DNA of 64,000 bases from Clostridia bacterium (GTDB lineage Bacteria; Bacillota; Clostridia; Oscillospirales; CAG-272). The notes beneath the pieces were generated by a model, which saw nothing but the letters and a program-made list of their open reading frames with translations, was not told the DNA's origin and ran no database searches. Positions 61,722 to 64,000 of this stretch are shown piece by piece. The stretch spans positions 71,460 to 135,459 of the forward strand of contig JAFQPM010000021.1 of NCBI GenBank assembly GCA_017411745.1. The letters run 5' to 3'. Made by a program: the position numbers and the translations under genes. Position 1 is the first letter of the stretch. The number at the start of each line of letters is the position of its first letter.

Positions 61722-62906
61722 TCAAGCCTTTCGGCAGACCTCTGCCAAAAATTCTTCTATTCGCGAAAGCGCCTCTTTGATGTGGTCGGTCGAGTAGCAG
61801 TACGACACTCTGACGAAGCCTTCCCCACTCTTTCCGAACGCACTTCCGGGCACGACGGCGACCTTCTTGGAGCGAAGCAGCTCCTCGCAAAATTCCTCGC
61901 TCGTCATCCCCGTGCACTTTATCGACGGGAAACAATAGAACGCGCCCTTGGGCTCGAAGCAATCCATTCCAATTTTATTAAAGCCGTTGACCACGAGTCT
62001 GCGGCGCATATCGTACTCGGCTACCATAGTTGCAACGTCGTCATCTCCGTTGCGGAGTGCTTCGACCGCCGCGTACTGCGAGGTCGTGGGCGCGGACATA
62101 ATGGCAAACTGATGTATCTTGGTCATCTGCGCGATTATAGGTGCGGGAGCGCAGGCGTAGCCCATTCTCCAGCCCGTCATCGAATAGCTCTTTGAAAAGC
62201 CGTTTATAAGCACGGTCCTCTCTCTCATACCTTCAACAGAAGCAATAGAAACGTGGCGCTTGCCGCCGTATGTCAGCTCGGAATATATCTCATCGGAGAG
62301 CACGCAGATGTTGGTATCACGCAACACGTCTGCGATCGCCTCGATATCCTCCTTTTCCATAACTGCACCCGTAGGATTGCAGGGGAAAGGAAATACGAGG
62401 AGCTTGGTCTTATCGGTTATTGCATTGCGAAGCTCGTCTGCGGTAAGACGAAATTCGTTCTCTGCCTTAAGCTCGACAATAACGGGAGTACCTCCCGCAA
62501 GCTTGACTATCGGCTCATAGCACACGAAGCTCGGTTGAGGGATAATAACCTCATCACCCAGGGCAACAAGCGCACGGATAGCTCCGTCGATGCCCTCGCT
62601 TCCACCGACCGTAACGAGAACCTCGTTATCTGCATTGTAGCTGACATCGTAACGGCGCTCGATATACTTACAGATCTCTCGTCTGAGCTCGATAAGACCC
62701 GCATTCGATGTATATCTCGTTTTACTGTTTTCGAGAGACTTTATTCCCTCTCGTCTGATATGCCAGGGCGTTGGAAAATCGGGCTCACCAACTCCAAGAG
62801 AAATGACACCCTCCATGCCTGCGGCTATATCGAAAAATTTTCTTATACCCGACGGCTTTATATCGTTGACGACCGTGGGATTAAGTATACGATCGTAATC
62901 TATCAT
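61722..62906 (-). CDS. Class I PLP aminotransferase (AspC/AlaT-like)
   Basis: GEPDFPTP, NPTG and SKSYSMTGWRMGY (Schiff-base Lys) blocks. Confidence 0.88.
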   Translation of the reverse strand: MIDYDRILNPTVVNDIKPSGIRKFFDIAAGMEGVISLGVGEPDFPTPWHIRREGIKSLENSKTRYTSNAGLIELRREICKYIERRYDVSYNADNEVLVTVGGSEGIDGAIRALVALGDEVIIPQPSFVCYEPIVKLAGGTPVIVELKAENEFRLTADELRNAITDKTKLLVFPFPCNPTGAVMEKEDIEAIADVLRDTNICVLSDEIYSELTYGGKRHVSIASVEGMRERTVLINGFSKSYSMTGWRMGYACAPAPIIAQMTKIHQFAIMSAPTTSQYAAVEALRNGDDDVATMVAEYDMRRRLVVNGFNKIGMDCFEPKGAFYCFPSIKCTGMTSEEFCEELLRSKKVAVVPGSAFGKSGEGFVRVSYCYSTDHIKEALSRIEEFLAEVCRKA

Positions 62907-63385
62907 AAGGAATAAGCCCCTCTGTCGTCCTGCTCTCCGTCTACGAGCTCTACGTCAAGCTCCTTGTAGCGACGAAGGACGAAATGTGTTGCCGTGGATG
63001 TCACCTCGCGCATAGTTGCAAGCTCCTTTGCTACGAATCTTGCTACCTCCTGAAAGGTCTTGCCCTTTACGATAACGCACAGGTCGTACGAGCCCGACAT
63101 AAGATAGACGGACTCGACCTCTTTATATTTCATTATGGTCTCGGCGATCTTCTCAAAGCCGAATCTGTCCTGAGGAATGACTTTCAACTCGATGAGCGCA
63201 GAAACCGATGCGTTATCAAGCTTTTCCCAGTCAATAACCGCCTTATAGCCTCTTATAAGTCCTGCTGCCTCGAGCTCCTTGATCTCGTCCGCAACTTCCT
63301 TGGCCGAAAGCCCCGTCATAGTAGCGATATCCTCTATTGAGCAACGCGCGTTGTCAGCAAGTATTTTAAGAACCTTTGTATTCAT
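62903..63385 (-). CDS. Lrp/AsnC-family transcriptional regulator
   Basis: HTH_AsnC N-terminus (ARCSIEDIATMTGLSAKEVADEIKELE) and a RAM/AsnC C-terminal domain. 4-nt overlap with the aminotransferase. Confidence 0.88.
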   Translation of the reverse strand: MNTKVLKILADNARCSIEDIATMTGLSAKEVADEIKELEAAGLIRGYKAVIDWEKLDNASVSALIELKVIPQDRFGFEKIAETIMKYKEVESVYLMSGSYDLCVIVKGKTFQEVARFVAKELATMREVTSTATHFVLRRYKELDVELVDGEQDDRGAYSL

Positions 63386-63510
63386 CTTTTTTCTCCGTTT
63401 GGTTTTAAATAAATTTCAGGGGCGCAAACAAAGCTGCCTGCACCCCTCAAAATTCGGTCAGACCCATTGCAAGTCAAAAGATTGCCGATGGGGCACCAAC
63501 TTAATATCTA

Positions 63511-63918
63511 TCAAAGATATTTCTTTACGATATCGCTTGCTTCCTCCGTGGGAATAGAGGACGTGATAACTACGTTTACGCCGATCTTGCTTGTGAGCTC
63601 GTCAACTTCCTTAAGGAATGCCTCGAAGCCTACGATGTCGTTGTTCGCGATCTTGAGTGCGGAATCTATAAAGAGATCGGTAACGTCGTGGTTGCTTGCA
63701 AGAATACCCGCAACAAATCCATACAGAGCCTCTGCGTCGAATACGAGATACTCGTTAGTGTTGATAAGACGTACGGTGTGGCTGATATCGAAGCGGAGAC
63801 CTACTCCCTTTTCGATACAAACAACGGTTCCCGCTGTCTTTGCTGCTGCCTCATTTACCATGGAAATGAGAGTCTTTGTCTTGCCTGTTCCCTTAACGCC
63901 GATGATAAGTTTAACCAT
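63511..63918 (-). CDS. Minimal P-loop NTPase, function unknown
   Basis: 135 aa. Walker A GVKGTGKT at residues 7-14 and a candidate Walker B VTDLFIDS. Confidence 0.5.
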   Translation of the reverse strand: MVKLIIGVKGTGKTKTLISMVNEAAAKTAGTVVCIEKGVGLRFDISHTVRLINTNEYLVFDAEALYGFVAGILASNHDVTDLFIDSALKIANNDIVGFEAFLKEVDELTSKIGVNVVITSSIPTEEASDIVKKYL

Positions 63919-64000
63919 AAATGGCTCCTTCCTGCCGCCTATGCGGAAAATGTATTTTTAAGATTCATATAAAACTTTGAATATCTTGGGTATATTATAG

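Noticed and set aside
1-64000. Search for prophage, IS element or integrative-element boundaries around the accessory patches.
   Set aside because: The window contains no integrase, transposase, recombinase or phage structural gene, no tRNA attachment site, and no long terminal inverted repeats. The accessory patches look like local duplication or small insertions rather than a mobile island.

Overview
This is a 64-kb chromosomal segment from a spore-forming, Clostridia-type Firmicute. My guess from gene content is Oscillospiraceae/Ruminococcaceae-like, but that cannot be verified without a database search. I call 58 protein-coding genes, 51 of them on the minus strand. I see no rRNA, tRNA, CRISPR array, transposase or integrase.

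Most of the window is conserved housekeeping and sporulation synteny:
- cwlD; rplU-prp-rpmA; rplS; yebC; argS
- the nusB-xseA-xseB-ispA-tlyA-nadK-argR-recN block
- mecA; a family-4 uracil-DNA glycosylase
- the SpoVB/YabM-like flippase-mazG-hup-yabO-yabP-yabQ-divIC block
- mtaD; hemZ-dtd-relA-recJ; cdaA-cdaR; pncB

Three accessory patches stand out:
1. 20.9-30.3 kb holds a head-to-tail array of five paralogous secreted proteins. Each has its own near-identical promoter, a conserved upstream box and its own hairpin terminator. All five end in an invariant GCGSVVG[FL]G motif, a hydrophobic helix and a KKK[KE]D tail. This looks like a C-terminal sorting or anchoring signal that I cannot assign to a known class, and it is my main candidate for something new.
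2. 35.4-39.6 kb is a tandem duplication of a BspA-type leucine-rich-repeat lipoprotein cassette. The duplication also copied the divergent mecA promoter, and each copy carries a terminator-like hairpin in its 5' leader.
3. 2.7-3.7 kb is an AT-rich GIY-YIG/T5orf172 gene wedged beside the L21-Prp-L27 operon, next to an unusually structured 0.3-kb spacer.

Many long ORFs in the supplied track are antisense shadows of real genes. Several track ORFs also begin upstream of the start that the ribosome-binding site supports; corrected starts are given in the features.
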